A DNA stretch of 64,000 bases from Smithella sp. (GTDB lineage: Bacteria; Desulfobacterota; Syntrophia; Syntrophales; Smithellaceae). The stretch is taken from the NCBI GenBank assembly GCA_035524255.1, contig DATKPG010000012.1, positions 95,163-159,162 on the forward strand, given 5' to 3'. A program made the translations under genes and the position numbers. Below, piece by piece: positions 18,212 through 27,364 of the stretch; within the stretch, counting starts at the first letter, position 1; every line of letters starts with the position of its first letter. The notes below the pieces were generated by a model. That model was not told where the DNA came from. It searched no databases and saw only the letters and a list, made by a program, of their open reading frames with translations.

Positions 18212-19564
18212 ATGATAAAAGTACTGCTCATTTCAGCGAATACTCTGAGAATTCCCTATCCGGTATATCCGCTGGGGCTTGATTACGTAGCCGGTTCCCT
18301 GGATTCCCGTTATCAGACCAAAATCGCGGACTTAAACGTTTTTGCCAATCCGGATGAGCTGGATACATTGATCAGAGAATTTTCTCCCGATTATGCCTGC
18401 GTATCCATCAGGAATATCGATAATACCGATGTAACAAACAGCAGAGGCTTTCTGTCTGAGTATCAAAGTTTAGTCGGCCGCATCAGGGCAAATTCGAATG
18501 CCCGGATCATTTTAGGCGGCTGCGGTTTTACGATCTTTCCTGTTGAGTTCATGCGGGCGCTGGATGCCGATTATGGAATAGCCGGCGAAGGCGAGAGATT
18601 ACCCGTGCTTCTGGACGCGCTCGCGAAAAACAGGGATGTCAAACAAATACCCGGTGTTTTGACAAAAGAAAAAACGGACTTTGTTTATGAACCCTGGGAT
18701 GGCGAAATTAAAAGACGTTTTGATCCGGCAAATCCCCACACGCAATTTTATCTGTCTTACGGCGGCATGCTCAATCTGCAAACAAAAAGAGGATGTCCGT
18801 TTCATTGCTCCTACTGCACTTATCCCCATATCGAAGGCGCCCGGATGCGGTTTTTCCCGCCGGTTGAAGTAGCCCGCGAGGCCCGCGAATTGCAGGATTC
18901 CGGCGCCAAGTATATTTTCATAACCGATTCCGCGCTCAACGCCAGTTATGAGCACAGCTCTCAGGTCGCGAAAGCCTTTATGCACGCCCGCGTGTCTATT
19001 CCGTGGGGCGGTTTTTTTGCGCCCACCATTCCTCCCGATGATTATTTCAAACAGATGGCGGATGCCGGATTAACGCATGTTGAATTCGGCACGGAATCTT
19101 TGTCGGATACGGTGCTTAAAAATTTGCGCAAACCTTTTTCTTCCGGTGATGTTTTGATTGCCCATGAAAAAGCGCTTAAAGCCTCTTTGCACGTTGCTCA
19201 TTATCTTCTGTTAGGCGGTCCGGGCGAAAACAAACAGACTCTGCAAAAAACACTGACCGGCCTCGATAGCCTTTCGCGGGCGGTATTCTTTTTTTTCTGC
19301 GGCATCCGCGTTTATCCGCACACGGGTTTGTATGATATAGCGCTTCGGGAAGGTCAGATTACCGCGGGCCAGAATATCCTGCCGCCGGTATTTTACCGTT
19401 CAGGGGAAATATCCGCCGCGGAAATTATGCAGACGGTGGAAAATCACGCCAACGGCCGTCTGAACTGGATTATCGGCGCCGGTGAAGCTAAGGCAACCCG
19501 TGTTTTGCCCAAACTCTACAGGAGAGGGTTTACAGGTCCCCTGTGGGAATATCTGATTCAATAA
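18212..19564 (+). CDS. B12-binding-domain radical SAM enzyme (class B type)
   Basis: The N-terminal B12-binding-like domain is MIKVLLISAN..YPLGLDYVAGSL. The radical SAM motif is KRGCPFHCSYCTY. 450 aa. Confidence 0.85.
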   Translation: MIKVLLISANTLRIPYPVYPLGLDYVAGSLDSRYQTKIADLNVFANPDELDTLIREFSPDYACVSIRNIDNTDVTNSRGFLSEYQSLVGRIRANSNARIILGGCGFTIFPVEFMRALDADYGIAGEGERLPVLLDALAKNRDVKQIPGVLTKEKTDFVYEPWDGEIKRRFDPANPHTQFYLSYGGMLNLQTKRGCPFHCSYCTYPHIEGARMRFFPPVEVAREARELQDSGAKYIFITDSALNASYEHSSQVAKAFMHARVSIPWGGFFAPTIPPDDYFKQMADAGLTHVEFGTESLSDTVLKNLRKPFSSGDVLIAHEKALKASLHVAHYLLLGGPGENKQTLQKTLTGLDSLSRAVFFFFCGIRVYPHTGLYDIALREGQITAGQNILPPVFYRSGEISAAEIMQTVENHANGRLNWIIGAGEAKATRVLPKLYRRGFTGPLWEYLIQ

Positions 19565-19709
19565 AGACGGATTGACACAATTCCAAAGTAATTTCCCCGC
19601 CCTTTTCCAGGAAAGGGATTGAGGGATGGTGAAACATCAGGATTTTTCTCTTGTGTCCAATGCCTGCGGAGTTGTCACATCATGACGGAGGTGGATGAGA
19701 CTATCCATG

Positions 19710-20498
19710 AAAAAAATATTAACGTCTGCAAGCCCCGCTCAAATCACGGGAATAATTCTTTTGTCTGCCGCCGCGGTTGTTTTCTTTATGAATTCTCTGC
19801 TTTCGGCGGCTATTGCCCTTTTATATATTGTGCTTTGTGTGGCCGCTTCTTTTTTCCCGCGAAGCAATTTTTTCCTGCCTGTGATCAGCCGCGGCAATAC
19901 CGGCGAAAATTTGGTCGCGCTGACTTTTGATGATGGTCCTTCACTTCCGACAACAGGACAAATAATGGCCCTGCTGGATCGGTATTCGGTGAAGGCAACT
20001 TTTTTTGTTTCCGGCGCCAATGCCTTGAAACATCCGGAAATAATCAGGGAAATAATTGCCCGCGGCCACGCCATTGGCAATCATTCATTTAATCATAATC
20101 CTTTTTTGATGCTGGGAAGTTATCATTATCTTTATCAGGAAATATTCAGGACTCAGGAAGTTTTGAAGAAAATGGGCGTCAATGCTTTGGCCTTTCGTCC
20201 CCCTGTGGGAATCATCAGCCCCAAACTTCCCGCCGTTCTGGATCGACTGGGTTTGTTTTGTGTAACTTTTAACTGCCGCGCTTTTGATGCGGGCAATCGC
20301 CGTGTTAAAAATCTTGCATCCAGAATACTCAAAAAGGTTAAGGCCGACGATATCATTTTGCTGCACGATGTGCCGCCGCGCCGTTTAGAAGACGGCGCTG
20401 TTTTATTGCCGGAAATCGAAAAGATATTGCAGGGGCTTGCGGTTAAGGGCTTAAAAATTGTTCCCCTTTCCAGTTTAATTCACCGGGATATTAATTAA
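19710..20498 (+). CDS. Membrane-anchored polysaccharide deacetylase (NodB homology) family protein
   Basis: Two N-terminal hydrophobic helices are followed by the NodB motifs TFDDGP and HSFNH. The ATG at 19710 (MKKILTS) is preferred. Confidence 0.8.
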   Translation, partial: KKILTSASPAQITGIILLSAAAVVFFMNSLLSAAIALLYIVLCVAASFFPRSNFFLPVISRGNTGENLVALTFDDGPSLPTTGQIMALLDRYSVKATFFVSGANALKHPEIIREIIARGHAIGNHSFNHNPFLMLGSYHYLYQEIFRTQEVLKKMGVNALAFRPPVGIISPKLPAVLDRLGLFCVTFNCRAFDAGNRRVKNLASRILKKVKADDIILLHDVPPRRLEDGAVLLPEIEKILQGLAVKGLKIVPLSSLIHRDIN

Positions 20499-20524
20499 GA
20501 ACCGCCGTTTTTGCCATGCTCAGC

Positions 20525-21385
20525 TTACTGGGACTTGAGTCCCGCCATCTTTTTTATCCATTCGGGGGCAACCTTACGGCCGGTGATTTTTTGGAACCCT
20601 ACCGGGAATAATCGCTTAAGCCAGTCATACACGTAGGCATCCGCTCCGACCATGATGCGCACTTTGTCCTTTTTGATTCCGGCAATAATAATTTTTGCCG
20701 CCTTGTCCGCTGATGTTTTTGCCATAACCTGATTGAAAACGGCAACGCTTCCTTCTCTTGCAAGGGAGGGGTCCGAGGCTTTGTAGTACTTGGCGTTGTT
20801 GGCAATGTTCGTCTTAATTCCGCCGGGGTGCACACACGAGACTTTAACGCGGGTATCAGAGAGTTCCTGCGCCAGCGTTTCAGTGAATCCCCGGACGGCA
20901 AACTTTGCCGTACAGTAAGGACCGTTATTCGGATTGGTGAAAATACCATTAACGCTGCTGATATTGACGATGTGAGCGGAGTCCTGCTTTTTAAGGTACG
21001 GGAGGAACTCCTTGCATCCATAAATCACGCCCCACAAATTGATACCCATGAGCCACTCAAAATCCTCATAGGTCACATCATCCAGCGTTTCCATGATGGC
21101 GACCCCCGCATTATTGATGATGATATGAACAGCGCCGTGAGTGTTAACCACCTCGTTTGCATAGCGCCTGACCTGCTCGCGGTCCGCGGCGTCTACCTTG
21201 TGGGTGCTGACCCGCACATCTTTGTTTCGCCTATGCACCATATCGGCGGTTTCCTTGAGACCGGCCTCGTTAAGATCTGATATTGCCATGTGGCAGCCTT
21301 CATCAGCCAGATTAAGCGCAAGCGCCCTTCCGATGCCGGATGCGGCGCCGGTAATTCCCGCGACCCTGTTTTTTAGATCCTTCAT
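20525..21385 (-). CDS. Short-chain dehydrogenase/reductase (candidate ketoreductase of the locus)
   Basis: Cofactor motif ITGAASGIGRALA, NNAG, and catalytic YCTAKFAV (YxxxK). It is convergent with the deacetylase gene, with 26 nt between the stops. Confidence 0.9.
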   Translation of the reverse strand: MKDLKNRVAGITGAASGIGRALALNLADEGCHMAISDLNEAGLKETADMVHRRNKDVRVSTHKVDAADREQVRRYANEVVNTHGAVHIIINNAGVAIMETLDDVTYEDFEWLMGINLWGVIYGCKEFLPYLKKQDSAHIVNISSVNGIFTNPNNGPYCTAKFAVRGFTETLAQELSDTRVKVSCVHPGGIKTNIANNAKYYKASDPSLAREGSVAVFNQVMAKTSADKAAKIIIAGIKKDKVRIMVGADAYVYDWLKRLFPVGFQKITGRKVAPEWIKKMAGLKSQ

Positions 21386-21798
21386 GGCGGTCTCCTTTTA
21401 TGAGCGAATGTGGTCTTGAAATATCGTTTTTCTTCCCGGTCTTATCTGTTTAAAACAGTCCGGATGATTTGACCTGAAAACGTTGCAATTTTTAAAGCGA
21501 TTTTTAGAATTCTGATGACCTGAACTAAATAAGCAAATCAAATTATCTTGTCAATGTAAATAATAGGGCGCAATCAATTGCGGCATAAACATGATAATAA
21601 CCAGCCGTTAAATTCACGTTATTTTTACGTTAAGTTACCGGTATCATTCGGGTAAAAAACTTCTTTTGAGGCCGATTAGAATATTTGGTCTTATTAACAT
21701 CATTTTTGATGGGTGTTTAACTTGCCAAATTAACTGCATTTTTTCATGGATAAACAGGATTTGGCGAATAAATTAAATATTGACCTTATAAAAAAATT

Positions 21799-21827
21799 TT
21801 GATTGAAAAAACAATCAATGATATGAA
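21799..21827 (+). promoter_or_regulatory. Candidate promoter overlapped by a perfect palindromic operator
   Basis: The promoter reads TTGATT (21799-21804), a 17-nt spacer, then TGaTATGAA (extended -10, 21819-21827). The perfect inverted repeat TTGATTG-AAAAAA-CAATCAA (21799-21818) covers the -35 element and the spacer. It lies about 50 nt upstream of the FabZ-like gene. Confidence 0.35.
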
Positions 21828-21878
21828 TTAGTACTTTTGCGTATTCATTTAACTTTGACATGAGCCAATGGGGTTTAT

Positions 21879-22256
21879 TTGTTGGAAAGTCAATGGAGTT
21901 TATTAAAAGAGATAAAAGTAACTAATGATCATTATATTGAAGCATTGGCGGATGTGCCGGCTGATTCTCCTTGGTTTTTGGGCCATTTCCCCGGCGAGCC
22001 GATTCTTCCCGGAATCGCTTTAGTTTATATCGTCGAACAGGCAATTATCCGGGACGCATTGAAAAAAGGGGAGCCGGTTCAATTAAAGGAGTTCAAAAGA
22101 GTAAGATTTACACAGCCGGTGCGGCCCCGGGAAACGCTGACGGTCAGCATAACCTGTGAGGAAAACGGTGAAGACGTTTTGTTTTCTTTTAAAGTGGCAA
22201 GTCAGGGAAATATTGTGTGCAGCGGTTTAATAAACGCGAAAAAGATAAATAGTTAA
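21879..22256 (+). CDS. FabZ-like hot-dog-fold dehydratase
   Basis: Motif WFLGHFPGEPILPGIALVYIVEQA (compare FabZ HFPxxPvmPG). TTG start; the exact start is uncertain. Confidence 0.75.
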   Translation: MLESQWSLLKEIKVTNDHYIEALADVPADSPWFLGHFPGEPILPGIALVYIVEQAIIRDALKKGEPVQLKEFKRVRFTQPVRPRETLTVSITCEENGEDVLFSFKVASQGNIVCSGLINAKKINS

Positions 22257-22286
22257 ATATAAATAAGCATAGAAGGAGGGGTTGTG

Positions 22287-22559
22287 ATGCCTGATAACCA
22301 GGATACCAAGGGCATTATACGGCGCGTGGCCGAAATAATTATTGAGGAACTCAAATTAGAAGACGTTACCGCGGACACATTTAATCCGGATATGGATTTG
22401 GTGGATGAATTGGGCATTGACAGCATGGATCTGGCGACCATTGCATTAGTCCTGCAGGATGAGTACAAGATCGCCATAGATGAAGATGATTATCCCAAGT
22501 TGAAAACCATTCGCCTGATCGCCGGTTACATTGAAGAAAAACTTGCCGAGAAAAAATAA
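22287..22559 (+). CDS. Acyl carrier protein (ACP-2 of the lipid locus)
   Basis: Motif ELGIDSMDLATIALVLQDEY. A GAAGGAGGGG Shine-Dalgarno sequence lies 7 nt upstream of the ATG at 22287. Confidence 0.85.
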   Translation: MPDNQDTKGIIRRVAEIIIEELKLEDVTADTFNPDMDLVDELGIDSMDLATIALVLQDEYKIAIDEDDYPKLKTIRLIAGYIEEKLAEKK

Positions 22560-23660
22560 TTGATTGAAGATAAAAGGTCTATGCCTATTCGTGATAAAGC
22601 AGCTCTGCAATCAGTCAAACCCGGATTTTCCGAACTCCTGTCTCATCCGGAGGTCAAAGCGCGCTGGGAAAAGGTGAGAAAATATTTTTTTCTGCGGGAA
22701 TCGACTTATGATATGTCCAACCGCTGCAATATTCGCTGTGACGGCTGTTATTACTTTGAAGGAGAAAAACAGTTCGCCCGTGAGATTGGCGATACCCTTG
22801 CGTGGCGCGAGCTTATGCAGGCCGAAAAAGCGCGCGGCATTACTTACGTCGTTCTGGCGGGAGCAGAGCCTTCTTTGGTGCCGGAGCTTCTGGATGTGTG
22901 CTATCAGGAAATGCCGCTGGGCAGCATTGCCACCAATGGTTTCAAAAAAATATCTTCTTCAGTCGGCTATAAACTGCATATTTCCGTCTGGGGTAATGAC
23001 GAAACCAGTTTAAGAATCAGAAAGGCCAAGGACCTTTTAAAAAAACAGATCGAGAATTACGAAAATGATCCGCGGGCGGTTTTTGTTTACACCTTTACCC
23101 GGGAAAATATAGATGAGGTAAAAGAAGTCGCCGCGCAGCTTGTCGCCCATGACTGTAAACTGACCTTTAATGTTTTTTCATCGCCGGTTGGTTACACGGG
23201 AAATCTGCGGCATGATGACGCGTCGTTCAACGATACACGGCAGATGATGATGGAGCTTCTGAATAAATATCCGCGAAATATTATTTTTTCCGCCTACAAC
23301 GCCGTGGCGCATACCCATCAAAAAAGTTTGCATGATCTTTACAGTTGTTCCTATCCCCGTCAGAATGCTTCGCGGGATATCGGGTTGGGGAGGTCTTTCC
23401 GGCAATACAGGACAGACCTTAATTGGGACAGATCGGTCGCCTGCTGTGTGCCGGATACGGATTGCGACGACTGCCGTCATTACGCCGCCGGTTCCTCAAT
23501 CGTCACGGCGCGCCTGTACCGTCATGTGAACGATCTGGCTACTTTTAAATCCTGGCTCGATTATGTTGATACCTATCTGGCTGTCTGGGTCATGGGATAC
23601 GAGAAGGGCGAGAATCTTTGCGCCGAAATTATAAATCCGCCGCGGGCGGCGACAAGTTAG
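22560..23660 (+). CDS. Radical SAM enzyme, paralog A (no B12 domain)
   Basis: Motifs CNIRCDGCYY, AGAEPSL and ATNG, plus a C-terminal Cys cluster ACCVPDTDCDDCRHY. The start is either TTG 22560, which abuts the ACP stop, or ATG 22581. Confidence 0.8.
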   Translation: MIEDKRSMPIRDKAALQSVKPGFSELLSHPEVKARWEKVRKYFFLRESTYDMSNRCNIRCDGCYYFEGEKQFAREIGDTLAWRELMQAEKARGITYVVLAGAEPSLVPELLDVCYQEMPLGSIATNGFKKISSSVGYKLHISVWGNDETSLRIRKAKDLLKKQIENYENDPRAVFVYTFTRENIDEVKEVAAQLVAHDCKLTFNVFSSPVGYTGNLRHDDASFNDTRQMMMELLNKYPRNIIFSAYNAVAHTHQKSLHDLYSCSYPRQNASRDIGLGRSFRQYRTDLNWDRSVACCVPDTDCDDCRHYAAGSSIVTARLYRHVNDLATFKSWLDYVDTYLAVWVMGYEKGENLCAEIINPPRAATS

Positions 23661-23729
23661 AAACGATATTAAAATATTCACCAGATGGGTTGGAATACCT
23701 GATTTTAAAATTCTGTCGGAGCAGTATTG

Positions 23730-24728
23730 ATGAAAACGGTTAGTTCTTTGCTGGATAAAAACTGGTACGAAAGATACAGGCAAATTTCAAATCTTAATAT
23801 CCGCAGTTCCATATACGATGTAACCAACCGCTGCAATTTGCGCTGCAAAGGCTGTTTTTTCTTTTCTTCGGGAGAACATCAGGCGGCCGAAGAAGAGATG
23901 GATATAAAAAAATGGGAAGATTTTATCGACCGTGAAAAAGAACGGGGCGTGAATCTGGCGATTTTAATAGGCGGCGAGCCGACGCTTTGCATGGATCGCG
24001 TCGAGGCTTTCTATAAGCGCCTGCCTACTTATTGCGCCACCAACGGTCTGATTAAAGTTCCCCGGGAAAAGTTTCCCGATATGATGGTGGGAATTTCGCT
24101 ATGGGGCGGCGGCGAAGAAGAGAAAGTCCTCCGCGGGCGCGACACGTTTGCCGTATCCAGTAAGAATTATGCCGGAGATGCTTATACGTATTATCTTTAT
24201 ACGTTGACTCCCCGCCAGGTGGGGAAGATGGAACCTGTCATCAAAAGAATTGCCGATGTCGGCTTGAAAGTGCATCTGCAGCTTTTATCGAATGACGAAG
24301 GCGTTGACGGCTTTTCGTGGCGCGAAGGCGAACTCAAAGATTTACGTCATGAAATGGACGAGATGCTGGATCAATATCCGCAGACTGTAATTTCCTGCAA
24401 ATATTATCATGAGATCATTACCACGGGGAAAATGATGGGACGGAGCTTTGGGTGGAATGAATGCCCCTCCGTTACGGAATCTCTGGATAATAGAGAAAAC
24501 CGGCCCCGCCGTTTAATCCATTTTGCCCGCTGGGCCTCAGATTTAAAAACGGTTCATCGCTGCTGCACGTCGGCAACGCGCGATTGCTCTACCTGTAAAG
24601 ACGGAGCGGCGCATATGAGCTGGGTCATGGTCAACAAACGCGAACATCTGAAATCGGCCAAAGATTTACAAAACTGGATCGAAGTCTATGAAATGTTTGC
24701 CAAGTTGTACCACTTTATTCCTTGGTAA
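23730..24728 (+). CDS. Radical SAM enzyme, paralog B
   Basis: Motifs CNLRCKGCFF, GGEPTL and ATNG, plus a C-terminal cluster RCCTSATRDCSTCKDGAAH. It aligns with paralog A along its whole length. Confidence 0.8.
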   Translation: MKTVSSLLDKNWYERYRQISNLNIRSSIYDVTNRCNLRCKGCFFFSSGEHQAAEEEMDIKKWEDFIDREKERGVNLAILIGGEPTLCMDRVEAFYKRLPTYCATNGLIKVPREKFPDMMVGISLWGGGEEEKVLRGRDTFAVSSKNYAGDAYTYYLYTLTPRQVGKMEPVIKRIADVGLKVHLQLLSNDEGVDGFSWREGELKDLRHEMDEMLDQYPQTVISCKYYHEIITTGKMMGRSFGWNECPSVTESLDNRENRPRRLIHFARWASDLKTVHRCCTSATRDCSTCKDGAAHMSWVMVNKREHLKSAKDLQNWIEVYEMFAKLYHFIPW

Positions 24729-24828
24729 TCCCCAACAATTTTTGATATAGGCACATAATTATTAACGTCTTTGGGTTATCTTGACCCCATGAGATGATTT
24801 TTTATATTTCTCGGAAACATGGTTTGCT

Positions 24829-26079
24829 ATGGGTTTAAAGAAAACATTAATACTGGGCTACGACGCTGTGTCTTCTTTGGGAACGGATTTGGATGTCCAA
24901 TGGCAGCGGGCTGTGGCCGGAAATTGCGGAATAGGAAATCTTACCAGATTTCCTATTGACGCCGCCTTCCCTGTGCGTGTTGCCGGTGAAGTGGCGGATA
25001 TTGATACGCGTCCGTATCCTTTTTTACAGCCGAGGGATCTGGCGCACTGGACATCGCCCATCTTCAAATACGGCATGCTGGTTGTTCACCGCGCTCTGGA
25101 AAAAAGCAAAATTATCATTACGCCTGAAATAGCGCCGCGGGTCGCGATTACCTTCAGTTCGGCGGTTGGCGGTTTGGACGCGGTTCTGCAGGCTGATCGT
25201 CTGATGATTACGGAAGGGAAAATGCCTCATCCTTTTACGAACCCCAACTCCTGCATTAATATGGCCGGCGGCAAGGTTTCCATTCTTACGGGCGCGACAG
25301 GTCCTATCTGCTCGACGATCACGGCTTGCGCTACAGGAATTACATCGCTGATCATAGGCCGAATGCTGCTTGAGCAAAACATGGCGGATGTGGTTATCGG
25401 CGGCGCGGTGGATTTTCCTCTGGTTGAGCCGATCGTTGCCGGATTTGCCACAATGAACGGCGCTTACCGTCCGAAAGAAGGACAGCCCCACGAGCCGCCG
25501 GAAAAAACGAGCAGGCCTTTTTCTGTTCACAGGCGGGGGTTTGTTGTCTCCGAAGGAGCCGGTTGCGTCATTATGGCAACGGAAGATTTTGCCAAATCCC
25601 ATGGGTTGGAATCAAAAATAGAACTGGCCGGATGCGCCATGACATCGGATGCCAGCCATTTTGTTTCGCCTAATTTGACAACGGTGCAAAGATGCATCGA
25701 AGAAACTATTGCCGACGCGGGACTTCGGCCGGCGGATATTGACGCGGTCAACGCGCACGCGACTTCGACCAAAATAGGCGATAAGGTGGAGGCGGATGCC
25801 CTGCGTAATGTTTTCGGCGATAAAGTGCCGCCGGTATCGGCGAACAAATCACAACTCGGTCACGCGATGGGCGCCTCCAGCGCCATCGAAGCCATACTGG
25901 CTATGGAAGGCATGCTTAAAGAGAGCGTGCTGCCCACGATTAATTATGTTCCAGACCCCGAAATTGAAATTGACTGTGTTGGCGAAGGAGCCAGAAAATT
26001 AAAACAGGAGTTTGTGCTGAAAAACGCGTTTGGTTTCGGCGGATGCAATTCCTGCCTGATTTTGCGCAGACTTGAATAG
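24829..26079 (+). CDS. Beta-ketoacyl-ACP synthase (FabF/FabB-like), KS-1
   Basis: Active-site Cys in STITACATG, the two His in VNAHATSTKIGD and NKSQLGHAMGASS, and a C-terminal NAFGFGGCN. Confidence 0.9.
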   Translation: MGLKKTLILGYDAVSSLGTDLDVQWQRAVAGNCGIGNLTRFPIDAAFPVRVAGEVADIDTRPYPFLQPRDLAHWTSPIFKYGMLVVHRALEKSKIIITPEIAPRVAITFSSAVGGLDAVLQADRLMITEGKMPHPFTNPNSCINMAGGKVSILTGATGPICSTITACATGITSLIIGRMLLEQNMADVVIGGAVDFPLVEPIVAGFATMNGAYRPKEGQPHEPPEKTSRPFSVHRRGFVVSEGAGCVIMATEDFAKSHGLESKIELAGCAMTSDASHFVSPNLTTVQRCIEETIADAGLRPADIDAVNAHATSTKIGDKVEADALRNVFGDKVPPVSANKSQLGHAMGASSAIEAILAMEGMLKESVLPTINYVPDPEIEIDCVGEGARKLKQEFVLKNAFGFGGCNSCLILRRLE

Positions 26080-26096
26080 AGGATAATTGTCATATT

Positions 26097-27362
26097 ATGA
26101 AAGCCCCGAAAAACAGAAAAGTTTTTATCGTCGGTTACGGCGCGGCCACCCCGCTGGGGAGCACATTTGAAAAAACATGGAAAAGAGCGATTAAGGGTGA
26201 GGCCGGTTTCCGCAAAGTGACCCGATGTAATGTAGAATCAGCCTGCGATATCGTCGGAGAGATACCGGACTGGTACCCACTGGAGCTTGATTTTACCGAC
26301 GCGAAAGAAGTGTACAACTGGAACGCGGCTTTTGTGATTTTAACGATGGCCGTTTGCAAGGAGGCCCTGCAAAATTCGGGCATTTCCATTGACGCCCAGA
26401 TTGCTCCGCGGATGGCATGCCTTGTCGGTTCGGCGCTCAACGGGTCGGATGCTTTTCGCATTGCCGTTCACGATCTGGAACATCGCGGGCCGCTGAGGGT
26501 CAGTCCTTATTTGTTGCCTAATCTGTGCGCGAATCTTCCTTCCGGCAAAGCGGGAATGCTTTTGAAATTTACCGGCCCTATTTTTTCGCCGCAGGGCGCC
26601 TGCGCTTCGGGAAACTACGCGATAGGCATCGGAGCAAGAATGATCAGGGATGGTGATTGCGATTTTGTCCTGGCCGGCGGCGCTGACGCTCCCATTCTGC
26701 CGGAACTGATTCACGGTTTTGCCAATATGAATGCCACGATCAAGGTTAATCCCAAAGACCGCGCTTATCAAAATCCCGCGCTGGCTTCGAGGCCTTTCAG
26801 CGCTGACCGCAAGGGTTTTGTCCTTTCCGAAGGCGCGGGCGTTGTTGTTCTGGCCGCGGAAGAGGCGATCAAAGCTTACGGGCTTAAACCGAAGGCCGAA
26901 GTTTTGGGCATCGGATGGGCATCGGATGCCCATCATTACACCAGTCCCAACATGTCAACGATTATCCGCGCTATCAGAGAATCCATTGAGGATGCCGGAT
27001 TGAAACCGGAAGATGTTCAATATGTGAACGCCCATGGCACGTCCACGCCCAAAGGCGACAGCACGGAGATAAAATGTCTGCGGGAAGTGTTTTGCAAAAA
27101 GCTTGAAAAAATTCCCGTATCATCAAACAAATCTCAGTTGGGGCATACCCTCGGCGCGACCGCGGCCATCGAAGCCGCTCTGACGATTGAAGGAATGAAC
27201 AAGGGCATAATCCTGCCCACGATCAACCATGTGCCGGATCCCGAATTTGCCGATATCGATGTAGTGCCTGATGATGCCCGCAAACAAAAATATGAAATTG
27301 CTCTTTCCAATGCTTTTGGTTTTGGCGGAACAAATTGCTGTGTCATTTTCAGAGGAGTATAA
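26097..27362 (+). CDS. Beta-ketoacyl-ACP synthase (FabF/FabB-like), KS-2
   Basis: Active-site Cys in PQGACASGNYAIG, the two His in VNAHGTSTPKGD and NKSQLGHTLGATA, and a C-terminal NAFGFGGTN. Confidence 0.9.
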   Translation: MKAPKNRKVFIVGYGAATPLGSTFEKTWKRAIKGEAGFRKVTRCNVESACDIVGEIPDWYPLELDFTDAKEVYNWNAAFVILTMAVCKEALQNSGISIDAQIAPRMACLVGSALNGSDAFRIAVHDLEHRGPLRVSPYLLPNLCANLPSGKAGMLLKFTGPIFSPQGACASGNYAIGIGARMIRDGDCDFVLAGGADAPILPELIHGFANMNATIKVNPKDRAYQNPALASRPFSADRKGFVLSEGAGVVVLAAEEAIKAYGLKPKAEVLGIGWASDAHHYTSPNMSTIIRAIRESIEDAGLKPEDVQYVNAHGTSTPKGDSTEIKCLREVFCKKLEKIPVSSNKSQLGHTLGATAAIEAALTIEGMNKGIILPTINHVPDPEFADIDVVPDDARKQKYEIALSNAFGFGGTNCCVIFRGV

Positions 27363-27364
27363 AA

